Shown piece after piece: positions 21,103 through 31,414 of a stretch of DNA of 64,000 nucleotides; position 1 is the first letter of the stretch; each line of letters opens with the position of its first letter. Under the pieces are notes generated by a model. That model was not told the DNA's origin. It saw nothing but the letters and a program-made list of their open reading frames with translations, and ran no database searches. This stretch comes from a virus (Duplodnaviria; Caudoviricetes): the IMG/VR virus record IMGVR_UViG_3300032320_001881, positions 38,994-102,993 of that record; one strand, 5' to 3'. Position numbers and translations under genes: made by a program.

Positions 21103-22401
21103 TTATTGCGTTTTCTCTTCTTCATAATACGCATATTGCCCAAATAGCGGAACAATGCTTGTAGTGCCATGCATAATGAATACTGTATCGCAATAGTTTT
21201 CGTCGCCCCAACTGCCGTTTGGATAACCGTCCGTAAACATAATATGCCGCTTAGGTTGGATATCGTTTTCTTTAAAGTAATGAAATACACAGTCAAAGTC
21301 CGTGCCGCCACCGCCATGTACTTCATAATCGCAGATAGTGTCTAAGTTTTCGCTATCATATTGTCGTGGATTATAGACTTGAGTATCAAAAGTGAGAATA
21401 TGGATTCTATATGCTGGGAAAGAATCCATAATACCTTGTACTTCGGCTAAAAAATCTTTAAGCATTCTATCAAGCATACTACCCGAAGCATCAATGCTAA
21501 TAGCAATATCGATCATTGGATCAAGTTGCATACCTGGCATAACGGCATCCATATGCCAACCCCTGCGACTCGCTCGCATCCAAGTAAAATCGGATTTAAT
21601 TGTAGATTCAAGTTGCATGCGTAATAACTCACGCCAATTCATTTTCGGCGCTGTCATATCCTGGATCAGTCGTTTTACACCGGCGGGCAAGTTACCAGCA
21701 TTATCTGATGCCGCGGCCGCAGCGAGTACTGCTTCTTTTATTTCGTCACGAATAGCATCTTTTTCTGCTTGTGATAATTTTGGTTTACCCCGACCACCAG
21801 CCCCACCTCCACCTTCACCACCACCGGCACCACCACCGTCCTCGTCTTCGCCGTCTAAGTGGTCGTCGAGAAGTTTATCAATTAAAGAATTGATATCGAT
21901 TTTTTCAGCATTTTCGTATAAAATGTCATAGACTTCCTCGGCACACATGCCATCATATTTGTGATCATACAAGCAAGGAACTGTAGTAATTTTTTCGCCT
22001 ACACGATGTTTAATTAAATCACCGTTTACACAATAGTCATCGGCAATATTCCAAAGTTGTGGATCACGATCACCTCGCCTGCCCATATGATCATATACAC
22101 AATGTAATACTTCGTGACCAAACAAAAATTCAATTTCCTTAGGACGAAGCATTTCGATAAAACGACTATTGTAATAAAAATTACGGCCATCGGTGGCGGC
22201 TGTAGTACACCATTCGTCTGCGTTAACTAATTTTAGACGAGTAGCTAAATTACCAAAGAAACTAGCACGAAGTAACAAGCCAACACGAGCAGTAATCAAT
22301 TTTTCACGAACTTGTGCGTCTAACTTAGCATCTGTAGGCCCCAGTAAGTCTTTGAACTTATCTGCTTCTTTAGAATTTGTAGTAGTGCCTGCTGTAGCCA
22401 T
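21103..22401 (-). CDS. VWA-domain protein with HExxH metallopeptidase-like N-terminus (DUF2201-like)
   Basis: TAATDG, HEVLH, IDASGSM MIDAS, GGGTDF, FTDGY; start MATAG after AAGGA. Confidence 0.85.
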   Translation of the reverse strand: MATAGTTTNSKEADKFKDLLGPTDAKLDAQVREKLITARVGLLLRASFFGNLATRLKLVNADEWCTTAATDGRNFYYNSRFIEMLRPKEIEFLFGHEVLHCVYDHMGRRGDRDPQLWNIADDYCVNGDLIKHRVGEKITTVPCLYDHKYDGMCAEEVYDILYENAEKIDINSLIDKLLDDHLDGEDEDGGGAGGGEGGGGAGGRGKPKLSQAEKDAIRDEIKEAVLAAAAASDNAGNLPAGVKRLIQDMTAPKMNWRELLRMQLESTIKSDFTWMRASRRGWHMDAVMPGMQLDPMIDIAISIDASGSMLDRMLKDFLAEVQGIMDSFPAYRIHILTFDTQVYNPRQYDSENLDTICDYEVHGGGGTDFDCVFHYFKENDIQPKRHIMFTDGYPNGSWGDENYCDTVFIMHGTTSIVPLFGQYAYYEEEKTQ

Positions 22402-22431
22402 TACGGGTCCTTTATTATTAACTATACTACT

Positions 22432-22460
22432 ATTATACAATTAAATGAATTATTTGTCAA
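22432..22460 (-). promoter_or_regulatory. Sigma70-type promoter
   Basis: TTGACA-17-TATAAT. Confidence 0.8.
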
Positions 22461-22729
22461 CTGGCAAATTTCAGGGTAAAAAGTGTTAGTTCTGCTTGGG
22501 ATTTTAGGTATATGCGTTGATATTTGTATTCGGTATCCCATGCCCACAATGATCCTTTGTAACTCCATTTAAGTTCAGCCCCAGTCCCATAGGTAGCCCA
22601 ACACCAATTCCTAATTTCAATAAACTGTAATGGACCTTCTGTAGTGTCTGTTGTAATTGGTTCAATCAGATATTGATAAAAAGCATGTCCGCTGTACCGT
22701 CTATCTAATTTGATTATTTTGTATTTCAT
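22457..22729 (-). CDS. Small FxLxW-family protein
   Basis: IRNWCW..YG..IYLKSQAELTLFTLKF. Confidence 0.6.
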   Translation of the reverse strand: MKYKIIKLDRRYSGHAFYQYLIEPITTDTTEGPLQFIEIRNWCWATYGTGAELKWSYKGSLWAWDTEYKYQRIYLKSQAELTLFTLKFAS

Positions 22730-23008
22730 TTACTCTTCGACATTTAAATATTTAAGCACAAACCAAGATAATGAAGCATCATTGTAAAAATCTAAATGTA
22801 TTTGGTCTGCGTAACTAAATCTAGTGTGATCATCGTGCCAAGGAACCAATGCTTTATGATGTCTAACAGTAAATCCAAGTTCTCGCCTGAGCCTCCATGA
22901 AATAGCAAAAATTTGATCTCCAAAATCTTTTTTCACTAAATCTCTGATAATAGTCCATTCATACGGATCCTCGAAAATTACCAAATTATGCTTAATTTGT
23001 ATCTTCAA
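22730..23008 (-). CDS. Small FxLxW-family protein
   Basis: Ends LSWFVLKY. Confidence 0.6.
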   Translation of the reverse strand: MKIQIKHNLVIFEDPYEWTIIRDLVKKDFGDQIFAISWRLRRELGFTVRHHKALVPWHDDHTRFSYADQIHLDFYNDASLSWFVLKYLNVEE

Positions 23009-23216
23009 AAGGTAATCCTTTGACTGTTTCTATTGCTTTACGGGCATATTTTTTAATTTTTATTTCAGTGCTCATCCGTTCAATGTCTTCTAAAGCAGTC
23101 ATCATAATTTCAGACTCTTCGGCCATTTTATAGACTTTATTCCGTAAGTTACTAGAATCAATCCAAGATCCAATAGCACCAACTAGTCGAGCAATAAGAT
23201 AACTCCAATTAATCAT
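22992..23216 (-). CDS. Hypothetical protein
   Basis: 74 aa in a coupled run. Confidence 0.55.
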   Translation of the reverse strand: MINWSYLIARLVGAIGSWIDSSNLRNKVYKMAEESEIMMTALEDIERMSTEIKIKKYARKAIETVKGLPFEDTN

Positions 23217-23446
23217 TTAGTCCACACTAATGCGAATGCTGTAGCTTCGGCTGGCTCAGAAAAATAAAAATATCCATCTCTATACTGTACATCTTTTTTA
23301 CAATGTTCTTCGGCCCACTCTACTTCTGGACTACGATTTTCTCCCGCATATTCAAATCTAGCAGGACGGTATTTAACTTTTCTCCACCCACGGGTTTTTA
23401 CTAAATTATCTAACATAGGTTGACTATATTTTGGATTGAATCTCAT
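23213..23446 (-). CDS. Small FxLxW-family protein
   Basis: Ends EATAFALVW. Confidence 0.6.
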   Translation of the reverse strand: MRFNPKYSQPMLDNLVKTRGWRKVKYRPARFEYAGENRSPEVEWAEEHCKKDVQYRDGYFYFSEPAEATAFALVWTK

Positions 23447-23703
23447 TTACTATGCTTTAACATAAAAAGAAGATATTTTTGGTCATCGGTTATGTCATTT
23501 TCTAAATTTAGATCACCGTTTGGGGTTAGTTTTAATTTAATTCCATAAGTTTGGTTAAGCCAAGAATAAAAATCGGGCTTGGGTTGATCAGTAGTATCGA
23601 ATTCTCGTTTAGCTGACATAATTTGTAACCAAATAGTTTTACTGTCTCCAATGATTGTATCTAGCCTTGCTACAGTATTGGAATAATATTCGCTATTGCT
23701 CAT
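23443..23703 (-). CDS. Small FxLxW-family protein
   Basis: Ends KYLLFMLKH. Confidence 0.55.
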   Translation of the reverse strand: MSNSEYYSNTVARLDTIIGDSKTIWLQIMSAKREFDTTDQPKPDFYSWLNQTYGIKLKLTPNGDLNLENDITDDQKYLLFMLKHSK

Positions 23704-24091
23704 GCTCTGGCCAAGGACTATATGTCCATCCTAAATTTAATAAATCTTCAGCTACTTCGGCTGTTACCGTACCTTCTGACACATATTGTTTTGCCAGCAT
23801 ATATTGTTTGTCTTCTTCTTCATTATGAGTAGCGAATCCGCCCATACCCGAACAATACCAATCCATATAATCTTCGTTGGTTCGAAGCGAAGCTACAATA
23901 CCCCCAGCACCGCGCCAAGAGCAAGACCAGTATTCATCTTTAAGCACAGGCCAAACATCTTGGGGTTGCCAACGCATATTGCACAGCGCGGCATAGACAT
24001 TTTGAGCATAACGATCTTCTTTAATTTTTTCCATAAACCAGGGAGAATTTTTCATATCGTCTTGTAAATCTCTATTCATTATGGCCCCCAC
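23693..24091 (-). CDS. Hypothetical phage protein
   Basis: YAQNVYAALCN..WSCSWR.AGGIVA..YMDWYCSG. Confidence 0.65.
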   Translation of the reverse strand: MGAIMNRDLQDDMKNSPWFMEKIKEDRYAQNVYAALCNMRWQPQDVWPVLKDEYWSCSWRGAGGIVASLRTNEDYMDWYCSGMGGFATHNEEEDKQYMLAKQYVSEGTVTAEVAEDLLNLGWTYSPWPEHEQ

Positions 24092-24324
24092 TTCATAAGG
24101 AAATTAATGCGATCGAATTCAGTGTCAAAATTTAATACTATGCCTTGTTGATGCTCAATACCTTTAGGTAAGGTTTCGTTCATCCAATTAAGTATTTCTC
24201 GCTCATTCTCGGTCCACCATATATAGTCTACTATTATCAATCCTGGTCTAGATTCGGCTGGGGAAGAACATAACTGAAATTTACTTGTTTTTAATCTAGC
24301 CGGGGAGCCAGTCTGTTGTATCAT
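24079..24324 (-). CDS. Small FxLxW-family protein
   Basis: Ends RINFLMKW. Confidence 0.6.
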   Translation of the reverse strand: MIQQTGSPARLKTSKFQLCSSPAESRPGLIIVDYIWWTENEREILNWMNETLPKGIEHQQGIVLNFDTEFDRINFLMKWGP

Positions 24325-24590
24325 CCTATTAAATTCCTAGCCTGCAGTTTAACCATGACAAATTCGCGTTCATCAATCTGTCCCCAGCCATCATCATTGG
24401 GTAGTGCCTTAACAAGTGTAACTCCGTTAGCATTTTCAAGCCATACACGGGTGCTATATTTTATGGCTTCGCTATGTACAATATGATTTAGGCTACCGCC
24501 TTGTGCGGGACTACAGTTAGCTTGGTAGTAATAACCACCCGGTCGTCCAAGAAAACTAGTACTTGAAGGAATTTCATAATAGTAATTCAC
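24321..24590 (-). CDS. Hypothetical protein
   Basis: 89 aa in a coupled run. Confidence 0.55.
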   Translation of the reverse strand: MNYYYEIPSSTSFLGRPGGYYYQANCSPAQGGSLNHIVHSEAIKYSTRVWLENANGVTLVKALPNDDGWGQIDEREFVMVKLQARNLIG

Positions 24591-24850
24591 AATGACTCAC
24601 CATGTTTAATTTTAAACCAAGTTAATTCTTCTTCGCTTTTTAAATAGACTACATAACGACTTAATTTAATCATAAATGCCCAATGTTCATTAGGCATCTT
24701 TTCTTCATTGTATGTATCACTATATCCATAGGTGGTAGACATCCACTGTCGTACATAATGAAAATCTAATATCATAGGTATATGTATAGCATATTTAAAA
24801 TACTTATTTTCTATTGTACTTAAATTATAAATCAATAGTATTAACCCCAT
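24587..24850 (-). CDS. Small FxLxW-family protein (start uncertain)
   Basis: VRQWM..TYG..VYLKSEEELTWFKIK, like 22457-22729. Confidence 0.5.
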   Translation of the reverse strand: MGLILLIYNLSTIENKYFKYAIHIPMILDFHYVRQWMSTTYGYSDTYNEEKMPNEHWAFMIKLSRYVVYLKSEEELTWFKIKHGESL

Positions 24851-25577
24851 TTAATTCGAAATCGCCTTCTGCTGGGCAAAAGATCCAATCCTCTTGTTTA
24901 TACGCATAAGCAATATAATTTAATTCTTTAAATATTTGTTTAACAAGTTTTTGATCAGTTTTGAATATTTCTACAAAACAGACAGGTCTGTGTTTAGATA
25001 ATGTATTTCTAGCACCTTCTAGTGCTAAATGTTCCATACCTTCAATATCTATCTTAATAAAATCAACACTTTCCTCATAACTATCTAATGTCGTAGTTTT
25101 AATAAATTCTAAATTAGGTTTATCCATAGTGTGATTATCGCTATGTTCAGGTGTAAGTAGCTCTACACCACCAAAATTATTAACTGTATTATAATCTGGT
25201 AACTGAATAGGTATAATATTATTAGCCACATCGGTAACCGCTGCATATTCGCATATAACATTATCTAAACCATTGATAGCTATATTGCCGCATAACATGT
25301 AATATATTTGTCGTTGTGCTTCAAAAGATCGAATAGCTATGCTATTACCATATTTTTTAGCTAGAGCTACGGTATGACTACCAATATTAGCGCCGACATC
25401 ATACAATAAAATTTTAGGTTTATTCTCCAATATGATATCACAAAAGCTGGCAATCAAATCAATATCATCTTGTGCCCACGCTCCTAGATGGCGTATAGAT
25501 TGACCAATATATTGATCGTTTTCATTAACAATCATTGGACCATTCACGGAGTTTACAATAATATTAGGTATAGTCAT
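24825..25577 (-). CDS. FkbM-family methyltransferase
   Basis: DVGANIG, FEAQ, KIDIEGME. Confidence 0.85.
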   Translation of the reverse strand: MTIPNIIVNSVNGPMIVNENDQYIGQSIRHLGAWAQDDIDLIASFCDIILENKPKILLYDVGANIGSHTVALAKKYGNSIAIRSFEAQRQIYYMLCGNIAINGLDNVICEYAAVTDVANNIIPIQLPDYNTVNNFGGVELLTPEHSDNHTMDKPNLEFIKTTTLDSYEESVDFIKIDIEGMEHLALEGARNTLSKHRPVCFVEIFKTDQKLVKQIFKELNYIAYAYKQEDWIFCPAEGDFELNGVNTIDL

Positions 25578-25591
25578 AAGTTATAAAAGGT

Positions 25592-25642
25592 AGGAGGGCG
25601 GTGCGAACACAGCCCTGTGTACAACTAATACACCGCCCTCCT
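25592..25642 (-). terminator. 12-bp GC-rich stem with nested hairpin, probable terminator
   Basis: AGGAGGGCGGTG/CACCGCCCTCCT right after the ATPase stop. Confidence 0.55.
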
Positions 25643-25650
25643 GTTAGCTA

Positions 25651-26736
25651 TTAAGCTGAAGCTGACAGAATATACTTGCCGTACTTCTTATGGAACTCGT
25701 CGAAGTTTTTCAACTTAGTTGGTTGGAATGGAAGATTGTACACGGTTAACGCAATTCGTGCGCCCATAACAACTAATTCAGTTTCAAAGTTCTTCATCAT
25801 GTACGCAAAGAAGTAATCCGACATAGTATGAAAATCTTTATCCGACACCTTCTTCTCCACAGCATCTTTTAGTTCATAGCACATGCTAATAACTAAAGAA
25901 TACATAGCCGAAACTTCTTTGACATCTAATGTAGTAACTTTACCAGACAAAATATCTTCTGGTTTAGGCATACGACCCGAAACTTTACGGTGACCATTAA
26001 ACTTGATGGCAAGTCCTTCGCCGATTGTCCCGGAGATCAAATTGGTAATTGTTTCTTCGTCGCCGTCGTCATCTGACAAAATCTCACTTACAAACGACCA
26101 ACTACGGGGAGTAGCAAAAGCGCGACTAGAGCTTTTTGGATCAAAGTCATACAAGTCTTGCTTGTTTGAGCCAAGGTAACCAATAATATCTTTATGAATG
26201 TTATGGGTAACTGCCCAATCCTGCCAAGACGCAAAATCTACTTTCATTTCTTGGTGAATGAAACGATTAGCTAGCGGAGTAGGCATACGATATGTGACGC
26301 CTTTGTCCGACTCGCGATTGCCTGCGGCAACTATTACAACGTTTTCGGGTAATTTGTATTTTCCAATACGACGATTTAGAATCAATTGGTAAGCCGCCGC
26401 TTGAACAGAAGGAGCCGCAGAATTCATCTCGTCCAAAAACAAAACGACGATTGGATACTGGCTAGCTAATTCTTCGTCTGGCAAATCAATTGGTTCAGCC
26501 CAATCCATTTTGCTAACTTCTTTATTATAAAATGGGATGCCACGAATATCAGTAGGCTCCATTTGACCTAGTCGTAGATCAATCATATAGCCGCCTAATT
26601 CTTCGGCAATGTCGGCTACCAATTCTGATTTACCAATTCCTGGAGGCCCCCATAAAAATAATGGACGCTTATGATTAAAAGCCTTAAGCAAACTACGTTT
26701 AGCTTGTACGGTGGTGACTTGTCTTGTTTCTGACAT
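25651..26736 (-). CDS. MoxR-like AAA+ ATPase
   Basis: GPPGIGKS, LFLDEMN, AAGN, PLANRF, TPRSW. Confidence 0.9.
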   Translation of the reverse strand: MSETRQVTTVQAKRSLLKAFNHKRPLFLWGPPGIGKSELVADIAEELGGYMIDLRLGQMEPTDIRGIPFYNKEVSKMDWAEPIDLPDEELASQYPIVVLFLDEMNSAAPSVQAAAYQLILNRRIGKYKLPENVVIVAAGNRESDKGVTYRMPTPLANRFIHQEMKVDFASWQDWAVTHNIHKDIIGYLGSNKQDLYDFDPKSSSRAFATPRSWSFVSEILSDDDGDEETITNLISGTIGEGLAIKFNGHRKVSGRMPKPEDILSGKVTTLDVKEVSAMYSLVISMCYELKDAVEKKVSDKDFHTMSDYFFAYMMKNFETELVVMGARIALTVYNLPFQPTKLKNFDEFHKKYGKYILSASA

Positions 26737-26789
26737 GGGCTGTGTTTCCTTATAAAGTTAAAACAATGAAAAATTCTACTATAACTGCT

Positions 26790-26818
26790 ATTGTACAACT
26801 AAATCAATTCTTTGTCAA
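26790..26818 (-). promoter_or_regulatory. Sigma70-type promoter
   Basis: TTGACA-17-TACAAT. Confidence 0.7.
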
Positions 26819-26987
26819 CTACCTTGGTTTTGTCCATAAAAACCATCAAAGACTGCTGTTCTTTTGGGGATAATTGCTTAAAGTATTTTACCATAAGCTC
26901 TATACCTGTTAGTGGATCGGTTTGATTAGCATCAGCAAACTGATAAATGACATCGCATGCTTCTTCGATACTAATAATTGTATTCAT
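26799..26987 (-). CDS. Hypothetical protein
   Basis: 62 aa ORF. Confidence 0.5.
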   Translation of the reverse strand: MNTIISIEEACDVIYQFADANQTDPLTGIELMVKYFKQLSPKEQQSLMVFMDKTKVVDKELI

Positions 26988-27041
26988 AATGCTAGTATAG
27001 CTGAATATTAATTGTTAGTCAACTGTACAATAAATACCTTT

Positions 27042-27641
27042 ATGTACACCGTAATTGAAGATTGCAGCCCTTACTATATTAGATTTACTTTTGACGGATT
27101 AGAAAAGATTATTCAATTTGTATCAAATCAACAACCTATAAAATCAATAAAATATGAAGGTTATGCCCACGATACATTAGACATTCTTGCGGCCGAATCG
27201 ATTATTTCAATGTTGCCCATGTCAACTGTAGTAAATTTTAAATATGAACGAGTAGCAATATTTACAACACCACCGGAGGGTGGGTGTGGCATACATAAAG
27301 ATGGATTCAATAATAAAACAAGTTTTAACATTCCGATAGAAATTTTAGATAATAAATGCGTAACTAATTGGTATGAAGATAAAAAATTTTCAAAATTTCC
27401 ATTGAATGGTGATACAGCATATACAAGACTTGTCTATCCCGATTATAAAAAATTACATTATTTTACTCCTATAAAATCTATGATTGCTCAACCAAACGAA
27501 ATGATATTATTTAATACTGATATATATCATAGTTGGGATAATGCCAATTCTTCAAATACTCGAAAAATGTTAACTTTGCGTATAACTCAAGATTATTCTT
27601 TCGCAGATACCAAAAAAATTTTATTTGAGATCGATCATTAA
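27042..27641 (+). CDS. Putative 2OG-Fe(II)/cupin oxygenase
   Basis: IHKD..FNIPI..FNTDIYH; close paralog of 44512-45117. Confidence 0.55.
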   Translation: MYTVIEDCSPYYIRFTFDGLEKIIQFVSNQQPIKSIKYEGYAHDTLDILAAESIISMLPMSTVVNFKYERVAIFTTPPEGGCGIHKDGFNNKTSFNIPIEILDNKCVTNWYEDKKFSKFPLNGDTAYTRLVYPDYKKLHYFTPIKSMIAQPNEMILFNTDIYHSWDNANSSNTRKMLTLRITQDYSFADTKKILFEIDH

Positions 27642-27707
27642 CGATAGAGAAATTTTTGTAATCCCCCAAATACAAGTAAATAGGTAGCATAAAGTAAGGA
27701 TTAACAT

Positions 27708-29096
27708 ATGTTTACATTTACCGAATTATTTGTATTTTTAATATTATATCTAGTATTTTTTATTGTGTTAAGTTACACTTATACTAAAGGATACGATGTA
27801 TCAAAAAGTAAATTTTTGATAGTTGACAGACGTGCTGGGTTTTTAGAAAGTAGTTTGTCGGTTGGTGGCGCTTGGGTTTGGGGTATAGCTTTATTTGTGT
27901 CGGCAGCCGTAGGTTTTGATAGAGGATGGGCCGGATTAACTTGGTTTTTAATTCCAAATATGGCGGCATTAGGTATTTGGGCTTGGTGGACTAAGATTGT
28001 TAATAACAAAATGCCAAATGGCTACACGTTAAGTTCTTATATGAAAGAACACTATAATTCTACCCGCGTGGCAACATTGTATCAAGCCTTAGCTTTAATG
28101 TTAGCATTAGCTGGCGTAGTAGTCAATTTAACTGCTATTACTAAACTGCTAACAGTATTAGGGGTCGCTAATATTCCTTTCCTAACCGCAATATTAGGAA
28201 TTGGCGTTTTCATTTACAGTTCTAAAGGCGGACTTAAGGCTAATTTGTTAACAGGTAGCATACAAATGGCAACATTGTTATTAGCACTTTTTGGGATTTT
28301 AATAGTATCATTAGCTACCGGCGGTAGCGAATATCTTGTAAAAGCAATCAATGGTAAGAAAAATATTGACAACTTGTTTGATTGGAATTTATTAAGTACA
28401 TTTGGCATTGCGACAGCATTAACATTATTACCAGGATGCGTCGGTAATCAAATTTACTATCAGCGTTCATTAAGTCAGCAAGAAAGAACTTTTAGCAACA
28501 AAACTTTTGCAGTAGGCGCAGTATTATTTGGGTTAGTGCCACTTATGATGGGCATCTTAGGTATCATGGCTAATGGTTATGGTATTGAAGTTAAAGATTT
28601 ACAAACTAGTCATATTGAATTTATTAAACAAACAATTGGTATAGTTGGTGTTGGTGTACTTGGTATTATAATTCTTAACGCTGTTGCTAACGCCATGGAT
28701 TGTAGTTTTACAGGAAGTGCTTCGGTTATAGCACATGATTTTAATAAAAACGAAAATTCTTCAGTTAAAATTGCTCGTATTACTATGTTTGTTGTTTTAG
28801 TATTGGGTTGGTTTATTAGCACCTATAACATAGATCTTTGGATTATACTATTGGCTTATGGTAGTATTAGAGCTTGTACTTTTATTATCAATTTACTTAC
28901 ACTAACTAAAAATCCATTTAGTGAGCGTGGAGTATTTTATGCTATATTGTTTGGCGCAATTATTACTTCTCTTATTAATTGGTATGCGGGAAGTGTAAAG
29001 ATGCCAGTATATGCTATGTATGCGGCAGTATTTGCTATGTTTGCTCCGGCAGTTATTGCTTATAGTATTACTAAACTGTTACCTAAAAAAGTATAA
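27708..29096 (+). CDS. Sodium:solute symporter family transporter
   Basis: About 13 TM helices, GGLKAN..T..IQ and NQIYYQR motifs. Confidence 0.75.
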   Translation: MFTFTELFVFLILYLVFFIVLSYTYTKGYDVSKSKFLIVDRRAGFLESSLSVGGAWVWGIALFVSAAVGFDRGWAGLTWFLIPNMAALGIWAWWTKIVNNKMPNGYTLSSYMKEHYNSTRVATLYQALALMLALAGVVVNLTAITKLLTVLGVANIPFLTAILGIGVFIYSSKGGLKANLLTGSIQMATLLLALFGILIVSLATGGSEYLVKAINGKKNIDNLFDWNLLSTFGIATALTLLPGCVGNQIYYQRSLSQQERTFSNKTFAVGAVLFGLVPLMMGILGIMANGYGIEVKDLQTSHIEFIKQTIGIVGVGVLGIIILNAVANAMDCSFTGSASVIAHDFNKNENSSVKIARITMFVVLVLGWFISTYNIDLWIILLAYGSIRACTFIINLLTLTKNPFSERGVFYAILFGAIITSLINWYAGSVKMPVYAMYAAVFAMFAPAVIAYSITKLLPKKV

Positions 29097-29098
29097 TT

Positions 29099-29755
29099 TT
29101 GTCATTTCCAGTTCGCCGAAATATAGTAATATTGGTTGACTATGACACACACGGGGTCTATTGCGGCCCCGAATCTCATAGTCATGCCAATACTTTAAGA
29201 GCTGGACTTATAAATGCTGGTGTGTTTGAACTTGGCTCTACATTACCTTCGATGGAGTCAAAATATAAACATATAAACAATTTAGGTAGTTTAGACAAAC
29301 ATCATTGTTTTAATTTTATTACAGGCCAGTTTTATGATATGCCTGTAGAATTAATAACACCTGAGTGGATAGAAAATAAACGTCTTGTAAATTTGCGCTA
29401 CAACTATATGTTAAATTGGGAGTTTAGAACCCGAAGAAGAACTATTCGTATTAACGATTATCATTCAGTTGGTATAATGGAAGGATTTTTATGGGAGCAA
29501 TATCGTCAATGCCGTCCAGAAGAAAACTATTATACTCCTGCTATACACGAATGGGCAGATCTTAGTGAAACATCGATTGAAAATGCCTTTCAAGAACTTA
29601 AAATGCGTAGCGAAAGTATAGGATTAGTATACCTTCGAATTCATGCTATATATCACAAATATATACACAAACTAAATCAATGTAATACCAAAGAAGAACT
29701 TGAAAAAGTTTTCATTACTGGTTGTGAAGAATTAGAAAGCAGATCGTGGCTGTAA
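29099..29755 (+). CDS. Hypothetical helical protein, partner of 29746
   Basis: C-terminus resembles that of 34676-35293. Confidence 0.55.
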   Translation: MSFPVRRNIVILVDYDTHGVYCGPESHSHANTLRAGLINAGVFELGSTLPSMESKYKHINNLGSLDKHHCFNFITGQFYDMPVELITPEWIENKRLVNLRYNYMLNWEFRTRRRTIRINDYHSVGIMEGFLWEQYRQCRPEENYYTPAIHEWADLSETSIENAFQELKMRSESIGLVYLRIHAIYHKYIHKLNQCNTKEELEKVFITGCEELESRSWL

Positions 29756-30858
29756 ATCAAATATATGCCGCATACTGCGGTAAACTAAACAATAATAGAA
29801 CTAATGACTTAGCTCTATGGAGCGGTATGTATAAAATGTTAAGTTTAAATGTGCCGTTAATTGATAGAGCAAACCATGTTATAATGCCTTATAATTTAAC
29901 TACATATCCTGGCTGTTCGTTACCTAGGGATTTATCTAACTTTAATTTAACATACGAGCAATGTTGTGAGCATCGCGTTGCTAATATTGTTGAATTAAGT
30001 CGTAGATTAAACAAACCAATTACTATTTTTTATTCAGGCGGTATTGATAGTACAATGGTATTAATATCGTTTATGAAATACTTGTCACCACAAGAGCTAA
30101 AGTCTCGAGTACAAGTAAGTATGAGTGTTGATAGTATATACGAAAACAAAAATTTCTATCACGATTATATTAGAAAAATGTGTAATATAGTTCCAAGCGA
30201 GCAAATGAGCAGTATAGTTGATGGATCTAGCATATTAGTCGACGGCGAACTTAACGATCAGTTATTTGGTTCTGAAATAATTGGAAATATGTATAGAAAA
30301 GATTTCTTTAGTGAGATTGGAGAAAAATACAACCGAGAATTTATTGTTAACTGGTATGTCTTTAATAATATAACTAAAGAATCGGCAAACAAATGGTTTG
30401 ATGTCATAGATGACCATATTAAAATTCAAGCGCCTTGCGAAGTAAAAACAAATTATCAATTTTTTTGGTGGTGGAATTTTATATTTAAATGGCAAAGTGT
30501 GTATTTGCGTATATTCTTACGAATGGATACTAATTTGCGTCCTTTAGTTAATCACGAGTTTATTGATACTTATGTACATCATTTTTATTCCACTCCAGAA
30601 TTTCAAAAATGGAGTATGCTTAATCATCACTTAAAGTTACAAGATTCTTGGAAAACTTATAAGTGGGAAGCCAAACGCCTTATATGCGAATACAATGGAG
30701 ATATTGATTATAGAGATAATAAAGTTAAGGTGGGTAGCTTATATCATTTATACGGCCAAAAGAAAACTGCTGAATGTATGACTAGTAACTTTGAATTTAT
30801 TGATTTAGTCAATTTTGATCCAGCAGTATTTTATAATCCTAACAATAATTTTATTTAA
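29746..30858 (+). CDS. PP-loop (SGGxDS) ATP pyrophosphatase, asparagine synthase-like
   Basis: FYSGGIDST, VDGELNDQLFG. Confidence 0.65.
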   Translation: MAVNQIYAAYCGKLNNNRTNDLALWSGMYKMLSLNVPLIDRANHVIMPYNLTTYPGCSLPRDLSNFNLTYEQCCEHRVANIVELSRRLNKPITIFYSGGIDSTMVLISFMKYLSPQELKSRVQVSMSVDSIYENKNFYHDYIRKMCNIVPSEQMSSIVDGSSILVDGELNDQLFGSEIIGNMYRKDFFSEIGEKYNREFIVNWYVFNNITKESANKWFDVIDDHIKIQAPCEVKTNYQFFWWWNFIFKWQSVYLRIFLRMDTNLRPLVNHEFIDTYVHHFYSTPEFQKWSMLNHHLKLQDSWKTYKWEAKRLICEYNGDIDYRDNKVKVGSLYHLYGQKKTAECMTSNFEFIDLVNFDPAVFYNPNNNFI

Positions 30859-30864
30859 TTTTTA

Positions 30865-31032
30865 TTAACGGCCTCTGCCAGCACTCCGAGTAGGTGGTTT
30901 TTTAGCTGGCCCTGTTGAAGGTTTAACTTTTACTTTTTTTTCTACGGTAGTATTAATGTCACTACCGTCACTATGATGTACACCTTTTTTCTTTTCTAAG
31001 GCTTTTACTAATATTTCTGATAGTTTACTCAT
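30865..31032 (-). CDS. 55-aa basic protein
   Basis: MSKLSEILVKALEKKKG..PPTRSAGRGR; AAGGA RBS; not in the ORF track. Confidence 0.6.
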   Translation of the reverse strand: MSKLSEILVKALEKKKGVHHSDGSDINTTVEKKVKVKPSTGPAKKPPTRSAGRGR

Positions 31033-31045
31033 ATATTTCCTTTAG

Positions 31046-31414
31046 TTAATAGTTACATTCAATTTTATCTTCTACTATATTTGTTATTTTGTTATTTTTA
31101 TCTACAAACACAGTTTTATGAACTGTAATATCGCCAGGCGATAATAATATCATACCTAAAATAACAACTAAGTCGCCCTTCTGAAATAGTCGACTTGGTG
31201 GTCCATTTAACACTATTTGACCATTTGTGCCTGGTATAATATATGTTTCCCAGTGAGCGGCATTGCTTAAATTATTTACATGGACTAATTCAAATGGTTC
31301 TAATCCTACCGCATCCATTAGATTTCTATCTATGGTAATACTTCCAATATAGTCTAAGTTGGCATCTGTTACAGTTGCCCTGTGAATTTTGGATTTAATA
31401 TATGTTTTAAACAT
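31046..31414 (-). CDS. panD: Aspartate 1-decarboxylase
   Basis: KSKIHRATVT..YIGSITID (G-S self-cleavage site), ETY. Confidence 0.9.
   Translation of the reverse strand: MFKTYIKSKIHRATVTDANLDYIGSITIDRNLMDAVGLEPFELVHVNNLSNAAHWETYIIPGTNGQIVLNGPPSRLFQKGDLVVILGMILLSPGDITVHKTVFVDKNNKITNIVEDKIECNY

Noticed and set aside
29746-31032. Lasso peptide cluster with the 55-aa ORF as precursor
   Set aside because: No B protease or RRE gene and no lasso leader motif is evident
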